The notes: generated from the letters alone by a model not told the origin. A stretch of 63,566 nucleotides of DNA, filler included, from Octopus bimaculoides (GCF_001194135.2; 8 parts of 8 records of this genome joined end to end with filler, not necessarily neighbours in it), one strand, 5' to 3'; shown: positions 23,571 through 36,176, counted from the first letter of the whole stretch. Numbers and translations are program-made.

Positions 23571-24078
23571 CTGTAGAATAACAATAAAAATCAAGGGTAA
23601 TCAAAAGTTGCTTTAGTCTGATGGTGCTACAAGACTGACTCAACTACGAGTGACTGTAGTTTTGCACTCCGTCGTATAGAGCACTGCCTTGCCTGCTCTC
23701 TACTACTACCCTACTCTCAGAGCTTGAAAGATGCTGCAGGCTTCAATAAAATGCAAAGAACTGTGCAAAGAATGGGAAACTGTTATAAAACCATTATGCT
23801 TCGACGAACTGAAATAGGACAATCTGCTGCAGATTAAGATGAAATCAAATATAATCGTTAGTAAAACATGAAGTTGAATACAAGAAACTGAACGAAATGT
23901 ATTTTACGTGAGTTTAATTGAGTTTAACGGCTGAAATCGAAGTGGATGAATATTGGGTTAAAAAGACCTTTCATAAAAAAAGTCAACCTTTTCTATCCAA
24001 AGTTTGTTTAAATCCAATATTTATATGCTATTAACTATCTATTTTTCTATCTATCGAACGATCGATCGTTCGGTCTCG

Positions 24079-24134
<56 letters not shown>

Positions 24135-24242
24135 ATACACATATATATGTAATATGTATGTATGTGTGTGTATGTATGTATGTATGTATGTATGTATGTA
24201 TGCGTGTGTGTGTATGTGTGTGTGTGTATATATATATATATA

Positions 24243-24276
<34 letters not shown>

Positions 24277-24289
24277 CATATACATATCT

Positions 24290-24450
24290 AGGCGCAGGAG
24301 TGTCTGCATGGGAAGTAGCTTGCTTTCCAACAACATAGTTCTGGGTTCAGTCCACCTGAGTGACACCTTGAGCAAGTGTCTTCTACTATAGCCACGGCCA
24401 ACCAAAGCCTTGTGAGTGGATTTGATAGACGGAAACAGAAAGAAGCACGT
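24290..24450 (+). mobile_element. SINE family C 5' half (CORE-like), facing a minus-strand C tail at 24464-24541
   Basis: AGGCGCAGGAGTG...GACACCTTGAGCAAGTGTCTTCTACTATAGC. Confidence 0.8.
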
Positions 24451-25833
24451 GATATATATACATATTCTTTTATTTGTTCCAGTCATTTGACTGCGGCCAT
24501 GCTGGAGCACCGCGTTTAGTCGAAACAAATCGACCCCAGGACATTTCACGTTTTCTCGAAGTTTCTACATGCTTATGATGTAAATAATATTCAACGTTAG
24601 TTTAGAATTTCAACAACCAGATATATCAGCCATTATGTTTATACTTTGATAATACAGAATGGAAGATAATTACCATTCCATCAGGTCATATAAATCTTAA
24701 TTAATCTAGTAATTAATCTATCTAAAATGTTGCAGAGAATCACGGTTAATAGATTATGGACTTCGGTAAAACAAAGAATATTCTCCTTAAATCTGTGTTT
24801 GGATTTGGAAAGAATAAAAACAGGGGAAAAATATGATCGTAAAATAACGACATGCACCAAATTTTCTAAGTAAACGAAATATAAAAATTAACAAAAAAAA
24901 AAATAATCCACCATTTTGATGTCTTTAGATATAAAGAGAGTTTTCACTAACGTAATGTAGAAGATTGCACTTAATAAACGGAGTCTTTGAGAATGTAATT
25001 CTTGACACTGTAATTAAAAAAATTACACCAATTATAAATTTTCCAATTATATTTGTAGATAATTGGCTAGTTTTCTTAGACATCGTAATTCAAGATTAAT
25101 TTTTGATAATTAAGGTTAAGTTTTATATATTTTCCAATGTCATCCGCAGTGTTTTCGAGCTCGTTTGTTAATTTTGTTTTATTCTTTAAGAAATATTTAT
25201 TTACTTCTTTAAAGGGAAATTATGGAAGCGTCACATGATCCACTGTTATAAACTGGATAATACGAACGTCTAATATCAATAATAATAATGGTAAAAATAA
25301 GTTAAAAATGTTTCCATTAATTGCAATAAAAGAGGAGAATTTAAACGAACAACAATCTGACACTACACCCCCACGTAATTAATTTCTCATAACCGCGGAT
25401 ATATTTAATGGATAATTTCGAAAAGTGTACTCGACTGGCAAGTGACATTCGTTGCACTGGCCATGACCTGGTCACTGACACGGTTCCACCAAATAATAAG
25501 TGTTTAAGTGAATTCAATACTCGTTGAGCGCTTTTGAATGAGTAAGATGTGACTTCTACGCTGTAATCTTTGTAATGAATAAATTTTTAACATCGCAAAA
25601 ACTATAATTTAGAACAAAGACAAAACAGCGTTGATTGATTAAGCTTTCAGTAACTGATTCTATGACATTTGCTGACAACTGTCTAATTTACAAAAGAAAT
25701 GGTATGATGACATTGAAGGAAACGGAATTAGGGCTCACAGACACTAATTCTTTTAATACTTCAACATTCCACGTAACAACTTGAGTTTGCAGAAAACTTT
25801 AAAGGGTTGAAGTAGTGGGTAGAAAGATAGATG

Positions 25834-26088
25834 AAGGTGCTTCCCGAGTCAAATAGACTCATAGGGTCGGTTTAACGGTTTCCCGGTTTCCATAGAGTAG
25901 AAATTTTCCACCTCGAGGGGACGCCGGTCCATTGCAGGGTTACTAAGTTTTGCCAGCTTAGTGGACTTGAGCAACGTGAAATGAAATGTTTCGCTCAAGA
26001 ACACAACGCATTGCCTGGTCCAGGAATCGAAACCACAATCTTAGGATCATGAGTCTAACATCTTAACCACTAAGCTACGCGCCTCCAC
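25834..26088 (-). mobile_element. tRNA-headed SINE type B with tail Y
   Basis: Minus strand: GTGGAGGCGCGTAGCTTAGTGGTTAAG...GTTTCGATTCC...GTGTTCTTGAGCGAAACA...TGCAATGGACCGGCGTCCC...GGAAACCGGG. Confidence 0.8.
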
Positions 26089-26239
26089 TAAGGTAGTGGC
26101 TGGTTTGATAAATTTGGTTGTATCTTACCAATATTATTTGAATTAACACGGAAAAGATGTTTTAAGGGTTTCTTCTTTAGCGCTATTTTCCTCTACAAAT
26201 TTTGCTCATCATTTTAAAAATCTGAATAAATTTTACCTG

Positions 26240-26450
26240 TTTTCAGACATATGACTAGTCGAAAAAAATTAGCATTTTTGGCAATTGTCAAGGTTCCAAA
26301 GCTACCAAATCGGTCGAAACATTTGTGCTGTGTACGGAGAAGACGCTGTTACAGAAAAGTCCTGCGCTGAAATGGATTTCACGCTTGGAGGTGGAGCATT
26401 TCGACTTGCAGACTCTCCGCCTTCCACAGCTACCCGCACCAACGGTGAAA
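26240..26450 (+). mobile_element. mariner transposase N-terminal HTH fragment
   Basis: GRNICAVYGEDAVTEKSC..KWISRLEVEHFDL matches the mariner 'RNICAVYGE..V.ER....WF.RF..G.FDL' segment, frameshifted. Confidence 0.75.
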
Positions 26451-27419
26451 GAAGGAAGGGGGAGTAAAAGGGATGGACAACTGAATTGGTGGTTGTATAT
26501 ACGTGCATATACGTGTATGTACATGTGCGTATACGTGAGTATTCGTATGTTTATGTCTATATATGTGTATTTATGTACAATTCATGGTATCTTTCATTGG
26601 CAACGGCAGAGTATATTTTTATACATAGGCAGAGGTCCAGGGTCTGGAATTATCCAATTTTTACTAATTCATTTGTCTTTTGTCTTTTCACGTTGTGCTG
26701 TATTGAATACTTAATGTGGTGTCTCTTAGATACCCTTCTTTATAATTTTAATAATTATTATAACTTATAAGGTTTACTTTTCCCATGCCGCCACTTGATT
26801 TGATGACTATTCAAAGTAACGATCTTATACTTATGGGTACAGGAAGCCAGCAACTGTGCAAACAACATGAAATACGTAAAAACAGGACAAGGGTACCCAT
26901 ATATGCCTATATATATTGATATATTATTTATTATTATTATTATTTAATTGAACACCGCGCATCAATTTCCAATAAGCTTAACTTCATCTTTTTGATGCGA
27001 CTCTACTCTATACTGTTTTCTTCATCCATCCTTCTCCAATTCACTTTTTCTTTCCCTCTCTCTTTCACCGTTTTCTATCTGTCTCTCTGTCTCTCTGACT
27101 CTCTGCCCTCTCTCTTTTACTCTCTTTTACTCTCTTTTGTTGATCACACGTGACCATCGTCCATCCTTCTTTTCCTCACGTGACCATCTTTGTTTTCCTG
27201 CATGGACGTTCAAAAGACTGGAGTTTTATTTCTATCTCTTCTATTTTTCTCTTTTCAAAGATAATATTTCTCCCAGTGTTCATTATTTCCCTCTCGGTCT
27301 GGTCTAACGACTCTCCATGTTTGTTTTCGTTCGGTTTCCTTGTATGTCTCCATTGCCCTGTTTTTGTTCCCAATTTTGACCCTCCATAAATCTTAAATTT
27401 AATTTAGAATTTATGGGAG

Positions 27420-27575
27420 CATCTGTCTTTGAAGACTCATATTGTCATTCAATGCTCGAAATGAGGAGTATACAGCCGATAACTGATGAAGGGTCCTTTC
27501 TCTGTGTTTACTTGTCCTCTTTTTACGTATTTCATGTTCTTTGCACAATTGGTGACGTCTTGTACCTATGTATGC
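27420..27575 (+). mobile_element. second copy of the hammerhead-bearing dispersed repeat (Penelope pLTR-like)
   Basis: GCTCGAAATGAGGAGTATACAGCCGATAACTGATGAAGGG...TTTACGTATTT...TTGGTGACGTCTTGTAC; homologous to 8880-9130. Confidence 0.45.
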
Positions 27576-27578
27576 ATA

Positions 27579-27637
<59 letters not shown>

Positions 27638-27741
27638 TCACACATATACACACACACGCACACAGATATATGTATATGTATATATATTTTTGTGTGTGCA
27701 TATATATGTATATAATTATATACAGATATATGTATGCATGA

Positions 27742-27806
<65 letters not shown>

Positions 27807-28209
27807 AGGCACGTGTCATCAATAATTACTGAGGGTAAGCATTTGGCGACCTTTATGTAGTAAAACACATAAAAAATAAGCGAAACACAGTCGTTCGACT
27901 GAGTTCGTCGCAAATCTATTTCTGCCTTTGTAGCACGTAAAGAAAACGGTATTGTAGAAATGTACGCAGCACGTGTACTACAGCAGAATTGTGCGTAGCC
28001 TAAATACTGAGATTGAAAATCAGGGTCGAATTATGCCTACCTAATCTACGAAAAAATAAAACATTTTTCATTTTATGCATAGTAATCAGGGTAACTTTCA
28101 TAATTTTATTGAATTAGGTGCATATTTTGCCATGAGAGGAAAATGTTGCTATCGATCAATGTTTTACACCTGGTAGCTTATATATATATATATATATATA
28201 TATACATAA

Positions 28210-28250
<41 letters not shown>

Positions 28251-28267
28251 CACACATATATATATAC

Positions 28268-28452
28268 ATGTATTTATAAATATACGTTTATATTTATATA
28301 AGGGGCATTTATAAAAATATAAACGTATAATTATATTCTTGGGAATAGAAATTTCCCTTACGAATTTTTTTACACACTGGCTTCTTGATAAAATTCTTGT
28401 AAAAGAGTTTTATCCCTTTTTGAATTTATGTATTTATAAATATACGTTTATA
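28268..28452 (+). repeat. 160-bp unit bounded by an identical 25-bp direct repeat; dispersed copy at about 62800-62905 (-)
   Basis: ATGTATTTATAAATATACGTTTATA at 28268 and 28428; internal CTTCTTGATAAAATTCTTGTAAAAGA is the reverse complement of sequence near 62820-62845. Confidence 0.7.
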
Positions 28453-28462
28453 NNNNNNNNNN

Positions 28463-28506
<44 letters not shown>

Positions 28507-28800
28507 TGTATATATGTATGTATAAATGTATGTATGTTTCTTTGGTTTACATTTCTATCGCCTGTTTTTGCATCATGGTTTAGGCCATACTGAAGTAACA
28601 CGTTTCTATGAATATGGAGTACATGTTAATGAATTATGAAAAGTATAAAGAATATTTGATGCCATTGATGTTGTTGACGATGAAATAACGATGATGATTA
28701 TGATGATCAAGATGATGATGAAAATTGCATTGAAATAAGTGAAAGAAGATAGTGAAGAAGAACAAGCTGAATGAGCAAGAGAAGCGGCAGCAGCGGCGAC

Positions 28801-28874
<74 letters not shown>

Positions 28875-28899
28875 TAGTGGTAGGTAGAAGGAGGTGTAG

Positions 28900-29020
28900 G
28901 CCGTGCGGCGACGACGGCGGAGAACTAACAAAAGTGAATAAAGTTTTAAAAAATGGAGCAAAAGAAATATAAGAAAAATAAATAAAGACGTGTGATTGGC
29001 TTCAATTGGATGCGCATGCG
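28900..29020. promoter_or_regulatory. possible promoter: CpG patch, two inverted CCAAT boxes, NRF1-like TGCGCATGCG
   Basis: GCCGTGCGGCGACGACGGCGG near 28900; ATTGG at 28995 and 29005; TGCGCATGCG at 29011-29020. Confidence 0.25.
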
Positions 29021-29381
29021 TGTAAATTTAACAGAAATGTCGGCTTTTGGAAGATGTTATATTTTTGAAAAAGTAAAAAAACTATTGTCAATGCCCATAT
29101 TCTACGCCATTATTTCTCATAGAATCTTTTGTTTATTCGTCTTCAAAATTGTGGACAAATGAAGTCATATTTAAATTACAACAAACATAAGAGAACATCT
29201 GATAACTGGGAAAGAAAATATAGAATATAATATAATTTAAAGATATGAATTCATTTTCTTAATATTTCTGGTACGTTTTGTAGGACATGCTAATGTCGGT
29301 TGGAGAGAGTATGCGATAGATAAGTTGAACGATATATATATATATGTACATACAGAGATAGATGGAAAGATAAAGATATAT

Positions 29382-29419
<38 letters not shown>

Positions 29420-30839
29420 AGAGAGAGAGAGAAATAGACAGAGAAAGTGGGAGAGAGAGAATAAGAGAATGAGAGGGAGGGAAACAGAGAAAGAGAGACA
29501 GAGAGACAGAGAGGAGACCCTACATGATTACTGTAAAATACATCAATTTTCGGCTGTGTTCATTTTGGAATTAAGGGAATTTAGAAAGGAGAAAAAGAAT
29601 AAACGTGTGTTNNNNNNNNNNNNNNNNNNNNNNNNNNNNNNNNNNNNNNNNNNNNNNNNNNNNNNNNNNNNNNNNNNNNNNNNNNNNNNNNNNNNNNNNN
29701 NNNNNNNNNNNNNNNNNNNNNNNNNNNNNNNNNNNNNNNNNNNNNNNNNNNNNNNNNNNNNNNNNNNNNNNNNNNNNNNNNNNNNNNNNNNNNNNNNNNN
29801 NNNNNNNNNNNNNNNNNNNNNNNNNNNNNNNNNNNNNNNNNNNNNNNNNNNNNNNNNNNNNNNNNNNNNNNNNNNNNNNNNNNNNNNNNNNNNNNNNNNN
29901 NNNNNNNNNNNNNNNNNNNNNNNNNNNNNNNNNNNNNNNNNNNNNNNNNNNNNNNNNNNNNNNNNNNNNNNNNNNNNNNNNNNNNNNNNNNNNNNNNNNN
30001 NNNNNNNNNNNNNNNNNNNNNNNNNNNNNNNNNNNNNNNNNNNNNNNNNNNNNNNNNNNNNNNNNNNNNNNNNNNNNNNNNNNNNNNNNNNNNNNNNNNN
30101 NNNNNNNNNNNNNNNNNNNNNNNNNNNNNNNNNNNNNNNNNNNNTATATATATATTTATATATACACACACATACAAATATATGTATATATACATATATA
30201 TATAATACATACACATGTTTATACATACATTGTCACATAGCAACACAGACAGGCAGACAGGCAGACATACAGAAGGCGCGCACACACACGCACACGCACA
30301 TACACACATAAACATACACACAAACACACACACACACACACACATGAAAATAAACTCACACATACACACACACACACACAAGTATACACACACAAGTACA
30401 CACACACACACACGCACCCACACACTCACTCACACGCACGCACGCACACACACGCCCCCCCACACATACACACACACACAAACTGATGATTTGTGTTTCA
30501 CACCGAAAATTGCTCTATTCTGTTTTATTTATTACACTACACAGAGATATTGTTATTGTGGGTCTAATTAATTTTGAATTTTTTATCGAGCACTCTCAGC
30601 GAAAAATGCATTCTTTTGTNNNNNNNNNNNNNNNNNNNNNNNNNNNNNNNNNNNNNNNNNNNNTTAATTAATTAANNNNNNNNNNNNNNNNNNNNNNNNN
30701 NNNNNNNNNNNNNNNNNNNTATATATATATTTATATATATATTCACATACATATACATATATATTACTTTATAATAACGACAGTTTTACATTAAATTGCT
30801 CAATAGTTTTTGTGTATTTCTGATGTTTTACAAGCAGAA

Positions 30840-30943
30840 TGGTATGCGTGCACTTATAGTAGTTCATAAATCGATTGTGAACTACAATCGATTTTTGAAC
30901 TACTATGGATTTGTGAACTACTGCAAGTGCACGCATCATACCA
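30840..30943. mobile_element. small MITE-like inverted repeat with three internal GATT(T)GTGAACTAC units
   Basis: TGCGTGCACTTATAGTAGTTCATAAATC versus GATTTGTGAACTACTGCAAGTGCACGCA (28 bp, 3 mismatches). Confidence 0.7.
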
Positions 30944-30989
30944 ACAAAATGTTTGCCATACACAGTAGCGAAATGTACTTATTATGACA

Positions 30990-31127
30990 CTGTAACGTAT
31001 TATGTAACCTGATGAGGTTTCTTCTGCACTATGGGGGTGCATTCGATTCCATTATATCGTTCCGAACCCACTAGGGAGTACTTCAGAGGTAAGCCGAAAC
31101 GAACGTCGTGCTACATAAAGTTTACAG
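30990..31127 (+). ncRNA. type I hammerhead ribozyme motif with extended stem II
   Basis: TTATGTAAC-CTGATGA(31009-31015)-GGTTTCTTCTG...CAGAGGTAAGCC-GAAA(31096-31099)-C-GAAC-GTC(31105-31107)-GT-GC-TACATAA; stem II 11 bp with one bulge; distal stem I CTGTAA/TTACAG. Confidence 0.75.
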
Positions 31128-31521
31128 CACACTCTGTCTTCCCTATCAATTATTTAAAATATACTAAACGTACATCGAGAAATTCCTTCATAGATCCTGC
31201 GACTAAAGTGCAGTACCAGAGACTAAAGTGCATAGTCGTATGTGGTGAACGTGCTCTCAAGGCACACTACTAGGGACATACCCAAAACAAGGTTGGATAC
31301 TACATTTTAAAGTCTTCTATCTAAACTTCAATTTGAAACATAACCTACATACATACATATATACGTGTGTGTCTGTGTATGTGTGTGTGTTCGTAGTTGA
31401 CTAAAATTGCATAAAACCATGTAATATGTTACACAAGCTCGTCCACAGATATTGGCTACCGAATGCCATCGTACTTTGAGAATGCACTTGGTACTGGATA
31501 TACATCAGAGAGTCTATAGCA

Positions 31522-31732
31522 CGAGGGGGTGCCGAAAATTTCCTGGCTTTAAGGGTGTCGTGAAAGGCCTGGTTGGAGGCCTAGACTTCCGAGTTCTATT
31601 ACAGGTCTTAGAAAAACTAAAGGACCACCGCATTAAATGTGTGAATCTGAGAGGGGAATATGCTGAATAAAAGCATAATTAACTGATCCTCAAGTATTTT
31701 CTTTTACACCAGCAACTTTTCAGCACCCCTCA
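31522..31732 (+). mobile_element. internally deleted mariner (MITE)
   Basis: Terminal repeats CGAGGGGGTGCCGAAAA / TTTTCAGCACCCCTCA|TA; internal KLKDHRIKCVNLRGEYAE* matches a mariner C-terminus. Confidence 0.8.
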
Positions 31733-33134
31733 TATCTGTAGAGTTTAAACAAAGTTATGAATAAGAGAAACTGAATAGAACAATATGCTTTATTCCAAAT
31801 CACAACAGCTGTTTCTTCATATCGCCACACCAGTGAGATGATATAATTAACATCGGCGAGATGATACAATTAACATACTGCGAAATCACTACCATCCATC
31901 AAAGGTGTAAAATATATTTTCTTGAGGTGAGTATTTTGAATGTCATTTCACACCATACAAGAATGGATGTGCAAAGCGGTGAGCTATTCTCAGAAATTTA
32001 CGGACAAGACTAAACCAATAGATAAAGTTAACTGACATGGATTTTGTTTTTTGTTGATTTCTTTTTTTTTTGCGGGGGCGGGTGTTATCTTGTATTTTAT
32101 TTATGTTATGTTTCAAGCTACGGCTATCTGGCACCTTCGAATGATCTCTGTTCAACTGCTACTGAACGGCTGCTCCTACCACGGTCAGACTACCTCTATT
32201 TATATGTCTTGGTCGAGCCTACTTCTTCGCTTGGGGGCATCGACACAACAATTTATCGACAGGTTTTGTTTTGTCTGCAAATCGCTAAAAATAGCACTCT
32301 TTTGGGTATTCACTCTTGTATAGAGTAAAATGTCAGTTTGATCTGTCGAAGGACTTATTTCGAAATAATCACCTGAACAGACACTTTTTACGTCTTTCAT
32401 GGATAATAGAGATTTCGCAATATGTTAATTATATCAACTCGCCAATATACTACGGGTGTGAAGATGTGTAGAAACAATTATACTGATATGCAATAAAGAA
32501 TGTCGTTCAATCCATTTTCTCTTATTTTAATTCTATTTCTCTCTATACATGTATGGATGTATGTAGGTAGGTATGTAGGTATGTATGTATGAATGCATGT
32601 ATGTATGTGTGTATGTGTGTATCAAGGTATGTATGTGTGCATGTATGTATGTATGTATGTATGTATGCATGTATGTATGTATGTGTGTGTATGTATGTAT
32701 GTATGCATGTATGTATGTAATTACGCATGTGTGTATGTATGTACGTATGTATGAACGCATATATATTTGTATATACACATGCAAGTATGCATGTGTATGT
32801 ACGGTGTGTATGTATGTATGTATGTATGCACGTATGCATGTGTATGAATGGTATGTTTGTATGTATGTATGTAAGTATGTCTTCATGCATGTATGTATAT
32901 GTATTTACATATTTCTATTTGTATGTGGTTCGTATTCTGAAGTTATTTTTTATACGCCATCTCTTTCCTGCGACTCGCACAAACTCACTAAATATTTTTT
33001 TTCTTTACTAAAACTTATTTTCTCTTATTTCTCACTCCCTCTCTCTGTATGTTCTCTATGCTCTTCACTCTCTCTCTCTCTCTCCCGCTATCACTCCCTC
33101 TCACATTCTCACACCATTTCTGTCCGCTTTCTCT

Positions 33135-33192
<58 letters not shown>

Positions 33193-34800
33193 TGCAAACA
33201 CACATACACCTTTCCTCTCAATGTACGTCTCTATACCCGACTCCCATCTCCATATTTCCAATCTCCCTTACCTCTACCCGAAAAAAAAAAACACCGCCCT
33301 TGCTCTTCCACTACACTCAATGTTATCATTTTAACAGACGCACTAACACTGCAAGTAATTTTGCAAACTATTCAGAATTTCTCCAATACNNNNNNNNNNN
33401 NNNNNNNNNNNNNNNNNNNNNNNNNNNNNNNNNNNNNNNNNNNNNNNNNNNNNNNNNNNNNNNNNNNNNNNNNNNNNNNNNNNNNNNNNNNNNNNNNNNN
33501 NNNNNNNNNNNNNNNNNNNNNNNNNNNNNNNNNNNNNNNNNNNNNNNNNNNNNNNNNNNNNNNNNNNNNNNNNNNNNNNNNNNNNNNNNNNNNNNNNNNN
33601 NNNNNNNNNNNNNNNNNNNNNNNNNNNNNNNNNNNNNNNNNNNNNNNNNNNNNNNNNNNNNNNNNNNNNNNNNNNNNNNNNNNNNNNNNNNNNNNNNNNN
33701 NNNNNNNNNNNNNNNNNNNNNNNNNNNNNNNNNNNNNNNNNNNNNNNNNNNNNNNNNNNNNNNNNNNNNNNNNNNNNNNNNNNNNNNNNNNNNNNNNNNN
33801 NNNNNNNNNNNNNNNNNNNNNNNNNNNNNNNNNNNNNNNNNNNNNNNNNNNNNNNNNNNNNNNNNNNNNNNNNNNNNNNNNNNNNNNNNNNNNNNNNNNN
33901 NNNNNNNNNNNNNNNNNNNNNNNNNNNNNNNNNNNNNNNNNNNNNNNNNNNNNNNNNNNNNNNNNNNNNNNNNNNNNNNNNNNNNNNNNNNNNNNNNNNN
34001 NNNNNNNNNNNNNNNNNNNNNNNNNNNNNNNNNNNNNNNNNNNNNNNNNNNNNNNNNNNNNNNNNNNNNNNNNNNNNNNNNNNNNNNNNNNNNNNNNNNN
34101 NNNNNNNNNNNNNNNNNNNNNNNNNNNNNNNNNNNNNNNNNNNNNNNNNNNNNNNNNNNNNNNNNNNNNNNNNNNNNNNNNNNNTAACAACAAAATCGAA
34201 AAGAAAACCCCATTCTTTCTTCTAATTGTTTTTTGTGATTTTTTTTCCTTTCTATTTTTGTTTCTTTTTCAATAAATTCTTACACCATTCCTCACACCAT
34301 CGCATATTTTGTATCTTTTCTTCTATCGCTTCTTACATTCTCTACTACTCTTTATGTTTTTCTCTTGATGAATAATTCTATCGCATCATTCTCTTCATCA
34401 AAACTTTTACTTTTTCTTCTTTATCTTCTTTTTCATTCTTTGGGTTTTGGGTTATTAATTAAGGTAAGGTTCGCTTCAGGAAAGAAAAAAGAAAAATCCT
34501 TTTGGTTCGGTTATTAATGTTTAAGGTAGACTCGTCGCAAATAGCTCAAACTCAATTCTCTCCAACGCCGTCGTGAGCGCTACGTCACTTGTTCATTGCA
34601 GAAGATACTAAATCAACACTGTCCAAGCAATGCCGGTATCAAATTTGCAAGTCAGCCAAGGCTTGACATCGAAGACTCGTCCTAAAAAATAGTCGAGCTC
34701 ATCTAACAACATAGCGACACAACCATTTAGCACCAATTGAGGTTACCTTATTTCCCTATTACACCGAAAGAAATCTAAGAAAAAACCCTTCCTAATATTA

Positions 34801-34930
34801 GTTTCAAATTTTAGCACCAGGCCAGCAGTTTCAAGAGAGGGTTTAAGTCGTTTACATCGACACCAGCGCTTAATTATCGACTCTGGAAGGATGAATGGTA
34901 AAGCAGACGTCGGAGGAATTTAATCTCAGA
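34801..34930 (-). mobile_element. SINE family D fragment
   Basis: GTTTCAAATTTTAGCACCAGGCCAGCA...TTATCGAC...GGAATTTAATCTCAGAA. Confidence 0.7.
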
Positions 34931-35000
34931 AACTCCGGGTTTACGTGAAATATTTTGTATAAGTAAAAGAATTTGAATAACACCTGCGTTTAACTTCATT

Positions 35001-35039
<39 letters not shown>

Positions 35040-35059
<20 letters not shown>

Positions 35060-35280
35060 GTGTATATATATGCTTGTGTGTCTGTCTTTGACCGAATCAT
35101 TCCTTGACAACCGGTGTTGGTGTGTTTGCGTCCGCGTAACCTATCGGTTCGGCAAAAGAGACAGATACAATAAAGACTTTCAAAGAATAAATCCTGGCGT
35201 CGATTTGTTCGACTAAGGGTGGTGCTCCAGCATGGCCGCTGTCAAAATGACTGAAACAAATAAAAGAATAAAAGAAAAGA
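35040..35280 (+). mobile_element. SINE family C 3' half
   Basis: CCTTGACAACCGGTG...GGTGCTCCAGCATGGCCGCTGTCAAAATGACTGAAAC. Confidence 0.8.
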
Positions 35281-35607
35281 ATAAAATAAATATTTTAAGT
35301 TTCCGGTTTATTCCGATATTTTTACATTTTGTTAGAATTTTTATGATTAATTATATTTTATAAAATAACAGATTTAGCAATAGATATTTGTTTTCGAAAA
35401 TACAACCATATCAAATAACAATTTAGGTGTGACCTTCCCATGCGGAAGGAAAAAAGATAAAAAAAACGTTCTCTGCCTCTGGCCGAAGTAGTGATGAATG
35501 AATCACGAACTAAATAAACATATGATATTGCGCATTTATTGGAGCATGACAAATAGAAATGATCAAAGTTTAATTCAGATGTCTCACAAAAACAGACAAA
35601 AAAAAAA

Positions 35608-35795
35608 GGAGGCCTCTATTTGGTCACTTGACATGCTAAAAAGAATCTGACAAAACCCCGTCAAAGGTTCACACTTCCGCTTCAGTGAAGAAAGTAAATA
35701 TTGGATAATGTAGTCTTAGATGTACGAGTGAAAATGACAGTATGGTCATTGCTGGAATATGATTGGTTATGGATCTGCTTACTCAGAGATGACTT
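35608..35795 (-). mobile_element. dispersed repeat family E (copy of 43735-43925)
   Basis: Diverged reverse complement of TTGTTTAACCCCAGGTCATCTCC...GTGACCATTCCGTC...TTTCTAG...GACC; short piece also near 57895-57935. Confidence 0.5.
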
Positions 35796-36176
35796 GGGGG
35801 TGCATTAGTGTGAGCATATTTAATGTATGTTGCTAATTGTCACTAATGAAGTTAAAATCATGCCAAAACATGCAAGGACTTGCTTTTTGATGTGATCGGA
35901 AAAAATTAAAATAACATTAGTCACAGACGTTAAGCCATGATATTTTGTTGTTGTTGTTGTTGTTGTTGTTAATGTTGTTGTTGTTGTTGATCCTATTATT
36001 ATAGTTGTTTTGTTTTTCTTTTTCTTTTAAAGTTTATTTTCAGTTACCATACTTAACGATCCTTGTTTTAAATATGTTAACATTCTTTTTTACTCTAGGC
36101 ACACGGCCCCAAATATTAGGGAATAAGGGTCAGTCGATTAAATCGTATTTGATTATGAAAATGTTTGTTTGCCTAA

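Noticed and set aside
32044-32328. Two overlapping open frames after a T-rich tract
   Set aside because: No homology recognised and splice donors are weak; cannot be supported.
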